Positions 23,866 through 36,720 of a DNA stretch of 64,000 nt are shown here, in pieces (the stretch's first letter is position 1; each line of letters starts with the position of its first letter). A program made the translations under genes and the position numbers. Origin of the DNA: Botryllus schlosseri. Taxonomy: Eukaryota. The notes below the pieces were generated by a model. The model was not told the origin of the DNA and did no database searches. It worked only from the letters and a program-made list of their open reading frames with translations. The stretch spans positions 372,001 to 436,000 of the forward strand of contig CM119378.1 of NCBI GenBank assembly GCA_051294905.1, written 5' to 3'.

Positions 23866-24753
23866 TTTGGTTCTACCACAGTGAAATCTGTTCCAAAATA
23901 TAGCAACATATCATACTCTTCAACATAATTACGCACAATATGTACTGTACAGTTTCTCTTCGAGTCGTTGACATACGATATAATATCAGGCATCCACTCA
24001 AGAAATCAGAATAAACATATACTTCTATTTATTAAGCAGAATACTGTACAGAAAAAGCAGCAACATTTGTCTGGGTTCAAATAAAAACCATCTTTCTTCA
24101 TCAAAGAGGTTGCAGAATATTGCAGGCAGTAACTTTACAAGTCAGCAAATATTGAACGGACTTAATCTCAGTTGCGAACGCGAGATATCTGATATATTTG
24201 TGATGACATTGATGGTGGTAATGTGAACTTCATATGTTGCGGTCAACTTGACAAAACAGAGTCAGCCGCCCTGAGTAATTGAGTTTGAAAGAGGCACAAG
24301 AAGCATTAGATTTGCGGCACACTGTCCCGGTAGTTTCCACGCTGGACATTCCACCTTTTTAATCTTGAAATATCCTGCGAAGAGCTGTCGCTATTGTTCT
24401 CAAATCTGCCGACAAGGGCTGAGACTCTCCCAGACATGGAACGTTCGCAATTATGAGATAATCGCTTTTTACCGCAGCTGAGTGGACGGTGTCTAGGCAC
24501 GGAGGAGGCTTTTAGCATCGTTCTCTCATGCGTGAAAGAGAAATCTTGTAATCCGGCAACCGCTGCAAAAATATTGATGATGCAACACAGGGCGAAATAT
24601 ACACGGCGTAAAATGTCTGTCGAGCATAATTCAAACACAAAGCAAAAAATTCAACATACTTTTAATTTTCATGCAGTTACGTAAAACTGTTAACCAAATT
24701 CACACAGTACCCATGAACAGACTTGTACAAACTACCAATCTATTAGTTGAGGG

Positions 24754-25288
24754 CAGGGTTGTAATGACTTGAGTCATGACTTTTGTGACTTGGCCTGCCT
24801 CGAGTCATTCTTTCAAATGCGTAAAGCGACTCTACTTGACTCGAATCAATTTGTGTATTGACTCAACTTGTACCCGAGTCATTGTGCACGACTCGAACCA
24901 AGTCGCATGACTCGAGACTAGGACGACCAAGATGGACATATCATTGTAACTTTAGGAATAGTAAAGTCAACATATGATTGGTATTAGTCCTGCTACTCGG
25001 AAAATAAGGTCAGAAACTGTTAGGGCAGAGGAAAGTTACGATATTATGAATGTGAGCTGTTCTATATCACTCGAGCATAGTTGACAAAAGCAAGTTGAAC
25101 TGGATTGAGCTCAAAACTTAACACGATGACTTGGATTCAAGACTCGAGCCACAACACTATGACTCTGACTCCTCACTGACTTAGACTCGGTGGTGAATTG
25201 AAAATGACTTGACTTGACTCGAGTCAAATCTATATAAGGTGAGATTGACTTTTAACTCTGAACCTTGCTCAACTTGGTTACAACCCTG
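24754..25288 (+). mobile_element. GACTC-rich hAT-type MITE
   Basis: cagggttgtaatgac ... ggttacaaccctg; TSD gttgaggg/gttgaagg. Confidence 0.85.
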
Positions 25289-26269
25289 GTTGAAGGTCAA
25301 CAAACTACTGTTTTTTTGTAGGTCGAGTTGCGCATTTAAAGAAATTAGTTGATGAACAACTGAAAACGTTCGTGACGTTCTTTCAGCCATTGCTAGCTCA
25401 GAGACACTGCTTCTAACAGTGGCGTAGCCCGGGGTGGGTTTTGGGGATCGAAACCCAGTAATATTGAGATGTTGATTCTCTCTCTAATATTTCTTAGCTC
25501 ATTTGTAACTCATATATATCAGTTATTAGTTAGTTGTGTATTTTTGCAGGTCTTTAGTTCTAGTTGCGAGTTTTGAAAACCCAGTAATTTGTACAAGTCT
25601 GCCCACGACTTGACAACCGATCATCTCGTGAAATTTGTGTTTCAGAAGTCCTTACTTATTCGAACGGGATTATTGTAATAAATTTTCAAAGATTGCATTT
25701 GTCTCTATTAATCGGGGCTTGCAATCAATCATGCCATCACAAACCCATAATTATATCGATAAGAACAAATAGCCCGTGGATTAGTGTTGGGAAACTAATG
25801 TATATCGCTTATAAATTGAAAATCAATAATCATTAAAAATTGATCAGAGGTTCGCATAGCACACGGACATGCTACCAGCAAATATTTTCTAGATATCTTT
25901 CAAAACAGAATTTCATGCCAGAAACAATTCCTTATTTTACGAATACACTGCTGGAAAAATATGTGTTCTTGAGTCTTCGACTCATTTGCATCGATAATCA
26001 CCGAATTGGGATAAAAACTGTTCCTAAATCAAGAGGAACGTTAGGAAATTACCCATGCTAGGATGCCGACTCACCAAGATTACGCTAGTAATGATAATAG
26101 GTCTTCGTTGAGGGAGTCTAAACGTGAATAATGAAGTGGTTAGGAAGCCTCAAAACTACCATAAACATAATAAATAAAAGCCATCACAGCAATTGCAAAT
26201 GTTAACATGAAATTTAGTAAGCGATGTGCTACTGAAACTACGAACTGTGCCGTGTCGCCACTATAAATT

Positions 26270-27916
26270 TTAAGTGCACTCTGTTCTCACTACGCAATCA
26301 CCTTTTCGAGAGATGTTTTCAATTTTTGAATTCTCGGCTGCTTCGTCGAGCAGCGCAACATTGGCTTCGATATCGCGCATCGCTATTTCCAATTGAATCT
26401 TTGTTGTATCGTCCTCTTCCGCGTGTATTTCTTGAGGGTTGTAACGGCTTGAATAACCCGATTCACAAACTTCCGATTGGTTGCTGCAATTATTTGTATT
26501 ATTCGTCTTTGGTTCGGCGGAATTGTGTTCTTTGTCAGAGTTTATAGGCCTCGTAGAAACTGTTTCTGAAACTGTGTCATTGTGGGGCACCGACCTTATT
26601 TCTTCACGGCTTCTGGCTTGCCGAGTCTCATCTTTGAACGAGATATATTGAACTGAGTCGTGGTTATTTGAAATGATCGCAGCATCGTTGTTTTCTTGCT
26701 GTGATGTGTTATTATGCTCGATATTATTCATTAATTGCGTAGTAGAGCAACTGCTGCTTTGAGAACTTGGTCGACTTGTCTCAGCGATTGTGTCATTGCT
26801 GTGTCGATATGCGTCAGATTCATGGTCGGAGTTTGATCCAGTAATGACCACACAAGGCGGTGTAGCGTGATTCTGACTTGAAACGATGGGAGTTACTTTT
26901 GCACGAAATCGGTCTGTGTTCAGTTCCTCTCGCAGACTTCCATTTCTCGGGATAACTTCCACGTGCGGAACATTAAACGCGGTCTCTTTCGTTTTATCAA
27001 CGCTGATAACTTGGCTTTGGCGGTTGGATGACATTTCAATCGATGGCTGGCAGGTCGATTCCTCAGTGTCGCCAAGCGGGGCGCTATTAACACTGTCCGT
27101 ATCTGGCAATAAGTAAGGAGGAGCTATTCGATATTTTGTGTAATCCACAGCATCACTGCGGATGGGCTTGGGAAGCTGCGGAGAACATAACGCTTGAAAA
27201 CAGTTGGTGTAGCAACCGTGATCGAAAGGGTTGACTCCGCCGCGAAATTTACCGGTAACTTGCTCGTTTGTGGTGCGGCCACGCGAGGCCAGGTATACAT
27301 GGAACCCAAACAAGCCGTAGACAGGAAAACATAATAGCCCGTCCAACACCGCGATCACAACGGAAGAAATGAAATAGTTAATGCAGTCCGACTCTCCGTG
27401 TGTTTTTATCACTACAAAGATAGTGAATCCTAACACATGCGCCATGTGTAAGGTTAAAAGAAGAAGAAACCAGTAGAAATAGCGATAGTTTCTTTTACCG
27501 ACGCAGTTATTCACCCACGGGCAATGGTGATCGAATTTGTCGATACATCCGTCGCAAACGCTACAATGTGACACTCTTGGGGGCCGGTAAAAGTTGCAAG
27601 TGCTGCACCATTTTAAACGGACAGACACGTCATGAATGAGGACCGTTATGAAAACAGGCGCATGCATGTCATCTTCATCATCCTCTGGTTCGCTGCGTTT
27701 AGGATAGGTACCCGGATCGGTCGCGCCAGTTAAAAAATAATTGAATAATACAAATACAAACACGACTCCGATATATCCAAGGATGTAAGGCGATAAGTTG
27801 CGATAAGTTGCTGCGATGTATCTTCCCGGGAATACGAAGAACAGTCCGGTCACTCCGATCATCAAAAATATCGCAAACGAAGCATTCAAATACTTTTTCA
27901 AGCGACGCACTCCCAT
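26270..27916 (-). CDS. ZDHHC8: Palmitoyltransferase ZDHHC5/8 co-ortholog (548 aa, intronless CDS)
   Basis: DPG motif; DHHC cysteine-rich domain [45 protein letters not shown]; subfamily signature [20 protein letters not shown]; 4 TMs; long low-complexity tail. Confidence 0.92.
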   Translation of the reverse strand: MGVRRLKKYLNASFAIFLMIGVTGLFFVFPGRYIAATYRNLSPYILGYIGVVFVFVLFNYFLTGATDPGTYPKRSEPEDDEDDMHAPVFITVLIHDVSVRLKWCSTCNFYRPPRVSHCSVCDGCIDKFDHHCPWVNNCVGKRNYRYFYWFLLLLTLHMAHVLGFTIFVVIKTHGESDCINYFISSVVIAVLDGLLCFPVYGLFGFHVYLASRGRTTNEQVTGKFRGGVNPFDHGCYTNCFQALCSPQLPKPIRSDAVDYTKYRIAPPYLLPDTDSVNSAPLGDTEESTCQPSIEMSSNRQSQVISVDKTKETAFNVPHVEVIPRNGSLREELNTDRFRAKVTPIVSSQNHATPPCVVITGSNSDHESDAYRHSNDTIAETSRPSSQSSSCSTTQLMNNIEHNNTSQQENNDAAIISNNHDSVQYISFKDETRQARSREEIRSVPHNDTVSETVSTRPINSDKEHNSAEPKTNNTNNCSNQSEVCESGYSSRYNPQEIHAEEDDTTKIQLEIAMRDIEANVALLDEAAENSKIENISRKGDCVVRTECT

Positions 27917-28268
27917 CCTGATACACTCATGTCAAGACATGTCTAAAACGTAGATATAAATTTTGTATGTAACATAACAACTGGAACAGGATTCAGTATG
28001 TCCATAACACAAAATAACTCGGTACGATTGATTATAAATTTTATAACACACTGAAAATCTACATGGATCGAATGAAATTATGCACAAAATTCTTAACGAG
28101 TAAATGAATATGCGGAATGCCATCAAGTTGTCTGATGTCGACACAGCTCGTCACTCGCACACAACTGAGAACTATCAGGGTCGGTTGGTCACCCAGAGTG
28201 GAATTGGTGGCAACGTCACACAGAACTTTCTGTTCAATTACCTGAATATTCTATGCAGAAAAGATCTC

Positions 28269-28488
28269 ATCACGCAGGATTTATTTAAAAAAATGAACCG
28301 AGATTCCACAGGGGCCTGCTCAATCACTGTTCAGGTTCACTGATGATGTAATGGTGATTGGTGATAGGCTGTAAGTCATTTCTCATTGATATCTTTTAAA
28401 AATAACCATGTACCGCATTACATATTAACCATATCATCATATCCTGATTGGAATCTCCGTCCTTTTTTTGAAATAAATCCTGCGTGAT
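28269..28488. repeat. Small inverted-repeat element (MITE-like) upstream of ZDHHC
   Basis: atcacgcaggatttatttaaaaaaa ... tttttttgaaataaatcctgcgtgat. Confidence 0.55.
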
Positions 28489-29098
28489 AGAAGCTTTTTT
28501 CGCGTGACAGGGTCAACTTAGCGGCGTGACAAGCTAGGTTACTGACTTCAAATGACTGTGTTAAGCCAGTGAGAGGAGATCAGATGCTAATGGTTAGCAA
28601 CTGGTAAGGTGCAAGTACTTTACCAACAGACAGTAATCAACAGATCCTGGCTAGAGGATTAGGTCTAAACATTATATACCACATAGTAACTGGAATATAG
28701 CATTTGGGGTGGCTGAGAACATTGACTTTTTTTCAATTTTTTTTATTTTATTTTATTTTTTTAATGAAATCAACGACCCGTGACGGCGTGATCGCGTGCA
28801 ACTGGCGACCCAGTCGGCGTGATCCTGCGTGCCTTGGACACCGATTCCATACTGGCATCATATTAAAACGCAGGTTGGATACAGAAGAATATTTTTCTGC
28901 AAACTACAATTTGCAACGTTCCGGTGAATGAAAACGCGTCTCTCTATTGACATTGTCTCTGTTCCATACTGCATTTCTGAATCAATAATAATCGTAAGCA
29001 TTTATTGACACCACTACATATCGAACAATAGCTGCAGCCGGGATGCCTGACCTACGTTACCGGCTATGTCAACTACGTATCGGCGATCGGGTACCGTA

Positions 29099-30233
29099 CA
29101 CTACAAAAAATAATTTGCAATTTTGGTCTCAAATTTAAGACATTGAGAAGATTTGCTCTCATTTTCAGCAAATGTAGTCTTACTGATGAAATGAAGTCTT
29201 AAAATGGAGACTGATTCAGCTTTTCAAGACCATTTTAAATTGTAGAGATTATTCGGTCTTAAAATTAAGACTGATTCAGCTTTATAATACCATATTGAAT
29301 TGTCAAGATTATTCTGTCTTAAAATTAAGACTGATCAACCTTTTTAAGGCCATATTGAATTGTCAAGATTATTCGGTCTTAAAACTGAGATCAATAAACA
29401 CTTCTTAAAAGGCACATTGTGCTTATTGGGACAGTTTTTGATGTATCAGTTTTTCCGGTCTTGTTTTTAAGACAAATTTTGCTAATCAAGAAACATCATG
29501 ATCCGTGGTCTTATAAATCAGAATGGTAAACTGTCATGAGCCAGGAGCACAAGACGTAATTAGCTTTCTTTGACAAATTTTGATCCATCAAAGGTCATTG
29601 CTTGAGAGCAGAGAGCCAAAACGTATTTGGTGATGCCATGTTTGTCCATTTCTCGCTGGTCACATGTCACACTTCAAATAAGTCAAATGCAGAATGCATT
29701 TGCGCCAGAACAAGAATTCAAAGTACTGTACCTTGTCACTTTTCACTGACACAATGGTGGTGGCATGTCGCACCCACCACAAATACTATTATATACTCTA
29801 ATTCAACTATATATTGTTTTGAGGATTGTATACAAAGTGGTAAGTGGAATGTACAATGATAATGTTATGTACTAGGTATCTAATGAATTGCAAATCCAGG
29901 TATGTTAGGCTTCCCTTCATGCAGAGCCTAACACTGACATGTGAATACCCCAAAGCACTCTGAGCATTTTGATGTAATTTGTGTCTTGATTTTAAGCGAC
30001 AACCGTCTTATTTTCAAGCCATTTCGGTCTTAATTTTGAGACGAAAAATTCTTAAAGTGACTTTTTATAAAAAAAAAAGTCTTATTTTCAAGCAATTTCG
30101 CTCTTAATTTTGAGACGAAAAATTCTTGTTAAGACCGATTAGTCTTTAAGACCGATTGGTCTTTAAGACATTTTTTCATAAAAAGTCACTTTAAGACAAT
30201 AAGACCAAAATTGTCTTATTATTTTTTGTAGTG
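29099..30233. mobile_element. Non-autonomous CACTA/EnSpm element
   Basis: TIRs cactacaaaaaataat / attattttttgtagtg, TA on both sides, subterminal gtcttaa/ttaagac motifs and ~60-bp tandem units at ~29190-29400. Confidence 0.75.
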
Positions 30234-30869
30234 TAAGAGAGTATCCATATTCGGCGATTCCCATAGGTTTTTACAAGAACTGATAATGCTGTGAAGGCAG
30301 TCAGGCGATCATATCATCATAAGATAGTCTAGGTATGACGCAGAGGGATAAAAACCTTATCCGCTAATCTTGTCAAACCAACAATATATTTCCGTATAAC
30401 AGCATAAACAACCACTGTGATGCTAATAGCACATCAGCAGAAATATCATGACCGGGTGAATCATTGTGAATGTACATGGAAATAACGTATTTTTTCCGTA
30501 TATGAAATTTAGGAATAACTCGAACATGGGTTGCCAGATCTCAAAATTCTCTTGAAAACCAGTTGCCAGTTCTTGATGTTAAGAAACGAAAAATTTCAAA
30601 AATCAGATTTACCCCCTTGCAGTCTCAAAGGAAGAACTACACCGTGCTGCAAGTCGAGATGACTATCCCAACATTACCCAAAAAAATATTTAAATCTTCG
30701 GAACACAATATATTACAGCTTTCAATACAACATCCATTGTAGCAGTATATTTATTAAGCTCAAAGACTTTTTGGGTGCCTCTTTTCCAGAGTTATCGGCA
30801 CACTGAAGCCAAAAAGGCACAGTATGGCGCAACAATCAAAATCACAGACCATAGACAATAGATTACCCA

Positions 30870-33800
30870 CCAAAGTCCAATGAAAATGGATCATTTATCA
30901 GGAAATAGAAATTCCCGCACTGATATTATAACGGAAATTTGAAAAATCATATTCACTACCCTGCGGCGTCAAAGGCGTGACTACATATTGCTACGAGTCA
31001 AGAGGAGTATCCAAACATTACTCTAAAAAATATTTCAACCTTCGGAACACAATAGGGGAACCACCAGAATCCAATGAAATTGGCTGGATCATTGTTCAGG
31101 ATATAAACATGCTCGCATTGATATTATAACGGAAATTTTAAAAATCATTTTCACTACCCTGCAGCGTCAAAGGCGTAAGTACATATTGCTACAAGTCGAG
31201 AGGAGTATCCCAACATTACCCCCAAAAATATTTCAGCCTTTGGAACACAATAGGGGACCCACCAGAATCCAATGAAAATGGATCATTTTCAGGAAATAGA
31301 CATACCAGTATTGATATTATAACAGAATTACAAACATAATTTTCACTACCCTGCGGCGTCAAAGGCGTAATTACATATTGTTAAAAGTCGAGAGGAGTAT
31401 CCCAACATTACCCCCAAAAATATATCAGCTTCGGAACACAATAGGGGACCCACCAAAATCCGATGAAAATGTATCATTTCTCAGGAAATAGACATACCAG
31501 GATTGGTATTATAACGGAATTCCAAAAATCATTTTCACTACCCTGCGGCGTCAAAGGCGTAACTACGTATTGCTACAAGTCGAGAGGAGTATCCCAACAT
31601 TACCCCCAAAAATATTTCAGCCTTCGGAACACAATAGGGGACTCACCAGAATCCGATGAAAATGGATCATTTTCAGGAAATAGATATGCAAGCACGGATA
31701 TTATAACGGAATTCCAAAAATCATTTTCACTACCCTGCGGCGTCAAAGGCGTAACTACATATTGCTACAAGTCGAGAGGAGTATCCCAACATTACCCCCA
31801 AAAATATTTCAGCCTTCGGAACACAATAGGGGACCCACCAGAATCCAATGAAAATGGATCATTTTCAGGAAATAGACATACCAGTATTGATATTATAATG
31901 GAATTCCAAACCTAATTTTCACTACCCTGCGGCGTCAAAGGCGTAACTACATTATGCTACAAGTCGAGAGGAGTGTCCCAACATTACCCCCCAAAATATT
32001 TCAGCCTTCGGAACACAATAGGGGACCCACCAGAATCCAGTGAAAATGGATCATTTTCAGGAAATAGATATGCAAGTACGGATATTATAACGGAATTACA
32101 AACATAATTTTCACTACCCTGCGGCGTCAAAGGCGTAACTACATATTGTTAAAAGTCGAGAGGAGTATCCCAACATTACCCCCAAAAATATATCAGCTTC
32201 GAAACACAATAGGGGACCCACCAAAATCCGATGAAAATGGATCATTTCTCAGGAAATAGACATACCAGGATTGGTATTATAACGGAATTCCAAAAATCAT
32301 TTTCACTACCCTGCGGCGTCAAAGGCGTAACTACGTATTGCTACAAGTCGAGAGGAGTATCCCAACATTACCCCCAAAAATATTTCAGCCTTCGGAACAC
32401 AATAGGGGACTCACCAGAATCCGATGAAAATGGATCATTTTCAGGAAATAGATATGCAAGCACGGATATTATAACGGAATTCCAAAAATCATTTTCACTA
32501 CCCTGCGGCGTCAAAGGCGTAACTACATATTGCTACAAGTCGAGAGGAGTATCCCAACATTACCCCCAAAAATATTTCAGCCTTCGGAACACAATAGGGG
32601 ACCCACCAGAATCCAATGAAAATGGATCATTTTCAGGAAATAGACATACCAGTATTGATATTATAATGGAATTCCAAACCTAATTTTCACTACCCTGCGG
32701 CGTCAAAGGCGTAACTACATTATGCTACAAGTCGAGAGGAGTGTCCCAACATTACCCCCCAAAATATTTCAGCCTTCGGAACACAATAGGGGACCCACCA
32801 GAATCCAGTGAAAATGGATCATTTTCAGGAAATAGATATGCAAGTACGGATATTATAACGGAATTACAAACATAATTTTCACTACCCTGCGGCGTCAAAG
32901 GCGTAACTACATATTGTTAAAAGTCGAAAGGAGTATCCCAACATTACCCCCAAAAATATTTCAGCCTTCGGAACACAATAGGGGACTCACCAGAATCCGA
33001 TGAAAATGGATCATTTTCAGGAAATAGATATGCAAGTACGGATATTATAACGGAATTCCAAAAATCATTTTCACTACCCTGCGGCGTCAAAGGCGTAACT
33101 ACATATTGCTACAAGTCGAGAGGAGTATCCCAACATTACCCCTAAAAATATTTCAGCCTTTGGAACACAATAGGGGACCCACCAGAATCCAATGAAAATG
33201 GATCATTTTCAGGAAATAGACATACCAGTATTGATATTATAATGGAATTCCAAACCTAATTTTCACTACCCTGCGGCGTCAAAGGCGTAACTACATTATG
33301 CTACAAGTCGAGAGGAGTGTCCCAACATTACCCCCCAAAATATTTCAGCCTTCGGAACACAATAGGGGACCCACCAGAATCCAGTGAAAATGGATCATTT
33401 TCAGGAAATAGATATGCAAGTACGGATATTATAACGGAATTACAAACATAATTTTCACTACCCTGCGGCGTCAAAGGCGTAACTACATATTGTTAAAAGT
33501 CGAGAGGAGTATCCCAACATTACCCCCAAAAATATTTCAGCCTTCGGAACACAATAGGGGACCCACCAGAATCCGATGAAAATGGATCATTTTCAGGAAA
33601 TAGATATGCAAGTACGGATATTATAACGGAATTCCAAAAATCATTATTTTCACTACCCTGCGGCGTCAAAGGCGTAACTACATATTGCTACAAGTCGAGA
33701 GGAGTATCCCAACATTACCCCCAAAAATATTTCAGCCTTCGGAACACAATAGGGGACTCACCAGAATCCGATGAAAATGGATCATTTTCAGGAAATAGAT

Positions 33801-34210
33801 ATGCAAGTACGGATATTATAACGGAATTCCAAAAATCATTTTCACTACCCTGCGGCGTCAAAGGCGTAACTACATATTGCTACAAGTTGAGAGGAGTATC
33901 CCAACATTACCCCCAAAAATATTTCAGCCTTCGGAACACAATAGGGGACTCACCAGAATCCGATGAAAATGGATCATTTTCAGGAAATAGATATGCAAGT
34001 ACGGATATTATAACGGAATTCCAAAAATCATTTTCACTACCCTGCGGCGTCAAAGGCGTAACTACATATTGCTACAAGTCGAGAGGAGTATCCCAACATT
34101 ACCCCTAAAAATATTTCAGCCTTCGGAACACAATAGGGGACCCACCAGAATCCAATGAAATTGGCTGGATCATTGTTCAGGATATAAACATGCTCGCATT
34201 GATATTATAA
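30870..34210 (+). repeat. Tandem array of 192-bp monomer (~17 copies)
   Basis: ccctgcggcgtcaaaggcgt recurs at 31541, 31733 and onward; 64-aa periodicity in spurious ORFs. Confidence 0.95.
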
Positions 34211-34344
34211 GTAAAAATCGGCGATCAATTATAAATATAAAAGCAATTTCATTCGAAATCAGTATTCGTTCATAGTATAAATACAAAAATATCATATTAC
34301 GAGTCCATCATCGCTTTAGCTGCAATGTAGTTGAGGTTGCGTGT

Positions 34345-36720
34345 GTGTTCCGAAGGTTGAAATATTTTTGGGGGTAATGTTGGGATACTCCCCTCGACTT
34401 GTAGCATAATGTAGTTACGCCTTTGACGCCGCAGGGTAGTGAAAATTAGGTTTGTAATTCCTTTATAATATCAATACTGGTATGTCTATTCCCTGAAAAA
34501 TGATCCATTTTCATCGGATTCTGGTGGGTCCCCTATTGTGTTCCGAAGGCTGAAATATTTTTGGGGGTAATGTTGGGATACTCCTCTCGACTTTTAACAA
34601 TATGTAGTTACGCCTTTGACGCCGCAGGGTAGTGAAAATGATTTTTGGAATTCCGTTATAATATCCGTACTTGCATATCTATTTCCTGAAAATGATCCAT
34701 TTTCATCGGATTCTGGTGAGTCCCCTATTGTGTTCCGAAGGCTGAAATATTTTCGGGGGTAATGTTGGGATACTCCCCTCGACTTGTAGCATAATGTAGT
34801 TACGCCTTTGACGCCGCAGGGTAGTGAAAATGATTTTTGTAATTCCGTTATAATATCAATACTGGTATGTCTATTTCCTGAAAATGATCCATTTTCATTG
34901 GATTCTGGTGGGTCCCCTATTGTGTTCCGAAGGTTGAAATATTTTTGGGGGTAATGTTGGGATACTCCCCTCGACTTGTAGCATAATGTAGTTACGCCTT
35001 TGACGCCGCAGGGTAGTGAAAATTAGTTTTGTAATTCCTTTATAATATCAATACTGGTATGTCTATTTCCTGAAAATGATCTATTTTCATTGGATTCTGG
35101 TGGGTCCCCTATTGTGTTCCGAAGGTTGAAATATTTTTTGGGGTAATGTTGGGATACTCCTCTCGACTTGTAGCAATATGTAGTTACGCCTTTGACGCCG
35201 CAGAGTAGTGAAAATGATTTTTGGAATTCCGTTATAATATCCGTACTGGCATATCTATTTCCTGAAAATGATCCATTTTCATTGGATTCTGGTGGGTCCC
35301 CTATTGTGTTCCGAAGGTTGAAATATTTTTTGGAGTAATGTTGAGATACTCCTCTCGATTTGTAGCATAATGTAGTTACGCCTTTGACGCCGCAGGGTAG
35401 TGAAAATTAGGTTTGTAATTCCGTTATAATATCAATACTGGTATGTCTATTTCCTGAAAATGATCTATTTTCATTGGATTCTGGTGGGTCCCCTATTGTG
35501 TTCCGAAGGTTGAAATATTTTTTGGGGTAATGTTGGGATACTCCTCTCGACTTGTAGCAATATGTAGTTACGCCTTTGACGCCGCAGAGTAGTGAAAATG
35601 ATTTTTGGAATTCCGTTATAATATCCGTACTGGCATATCTATTTCCTGAAAATGATCCATTTTCATTGGATTCTGGTGGGTCCCCTATTGTGTTCCGAAG
35701 GCTGAAATATTTTTGGGGGTAATGTTGGGATCAGGGTTGTAATGACTCGAGTCATGACTCGACTCGAGTCTGACTCGAGTCACGATTTTCTGATGACTCG
35801 ACTTGACTCGAGTCATTTTTTCAAAACATGGAAATGACTCGACTCGACTCGAGTCAATCTGTGTATTGACTCGACTTAGACTCGAGTCATTGCGCATGAC
35901 TCGAACCAAGTCATTGACTCGAGACTCAGACGGCCAAGACCGACATTTCACTGTAATTCCGAAGCCAACACACTATTGGTATTTCGTCTGTCTGTACTTG
36001 AAAATGCTACCGAAACTGCTAAAAGTGAGGAAATTGGTATATTATAAATGCGAACCTTCTATATCACCAAACAGAGATAAAAAGTGGGTTTACCAAGACT
36101 TTAACTGAAACTGAGCAGTCAGCACAATGACTTGGATTCGGACTCGAGTCATAATTCCATGACTCGGACTCGATCCTCTGCTCGCTGACTTGGACTCGGA
36201 CTTGACTTGGCGATGAGTTGAAATGACTCGACTTGACTCGAGTCAAAGCTATAAAAGTGAGATTGACTTGTGACTCGGAGCCTTGTGACTTGGTTACAAC
36301 CCTGGTTGGGATACTCCTCTCGACTTGTAGCAATATGTAGTTACGCCTTTGACGCCGCAGGTTAGTGGAAATTATGTTTGTAATTCCGTTATAATATCTG
36401 TACTGGCATATCTATTTTCTGAAAATGACCCATTTTCATTGGATTCTGGTGGGTCCCCTATTGTGTTCCCAAGGCTGAAATATTTTTGGGGGTAATCTTG
36501 GGATACTCCTCTCGACTTGTAGCAATATGTAGTTACGCCTTTGACGCCGCAGGGTAGTGAAAATGATTTTTGGAATTCCGTTATAATATCCGTACTGGCA
36601 TGTCTATTTCCTGAAAATGATCCATTTTCATTGGATTCTGGTGGGTCCCCTATTGTGTTCCGAAGGCTGAAATATTTTTTGGGGTAATGTTTGGATAGTC
36701 ATTTCGAATTGTAGTAATGT
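34345..36720 (-). repeat. Same 192-bp monomer in reverse orientation (~9 copies), interrupted by a MITE
   Basis: acgcctttgacgccgcaggg recurs throughout. Confidence 0.95.
35732..36304 (+). mobile_element. GACTC-rich hAT-type MITE inserted in the 192-bp array
   Basis: cagggttgtaatgactcgag ... ggttacaaccctg; exact TSD gttgggat. Confidence 0.92.

Noticed and set aside
24306..24638. 110-aa ORF between ZDHHC and SelO (..MSGRVSALVGRFE..)
   Set aside because: TTG start, no recognisable domain, no convincing splice context; cannot be supported without expression data.
28495..28835. Clusters of GCGTGA/TCACGC motifs upstream of ZDHHC (and at ~12600-12660)
   Set aside because: Could be promoter motifs or MITE remnants; not distinguishable from sequence alone.
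29540..29800. Transposase remnant inside the CACTA element
   Set aside because: No recognisable transposase motifs in the frames I could read.
31463..34108. 150-aa and 73-aa repeated ORFs
   Set aside because: Chance reading of the 192-bp (64-codon) monomer; neighbouring monomers contain stops and indels.
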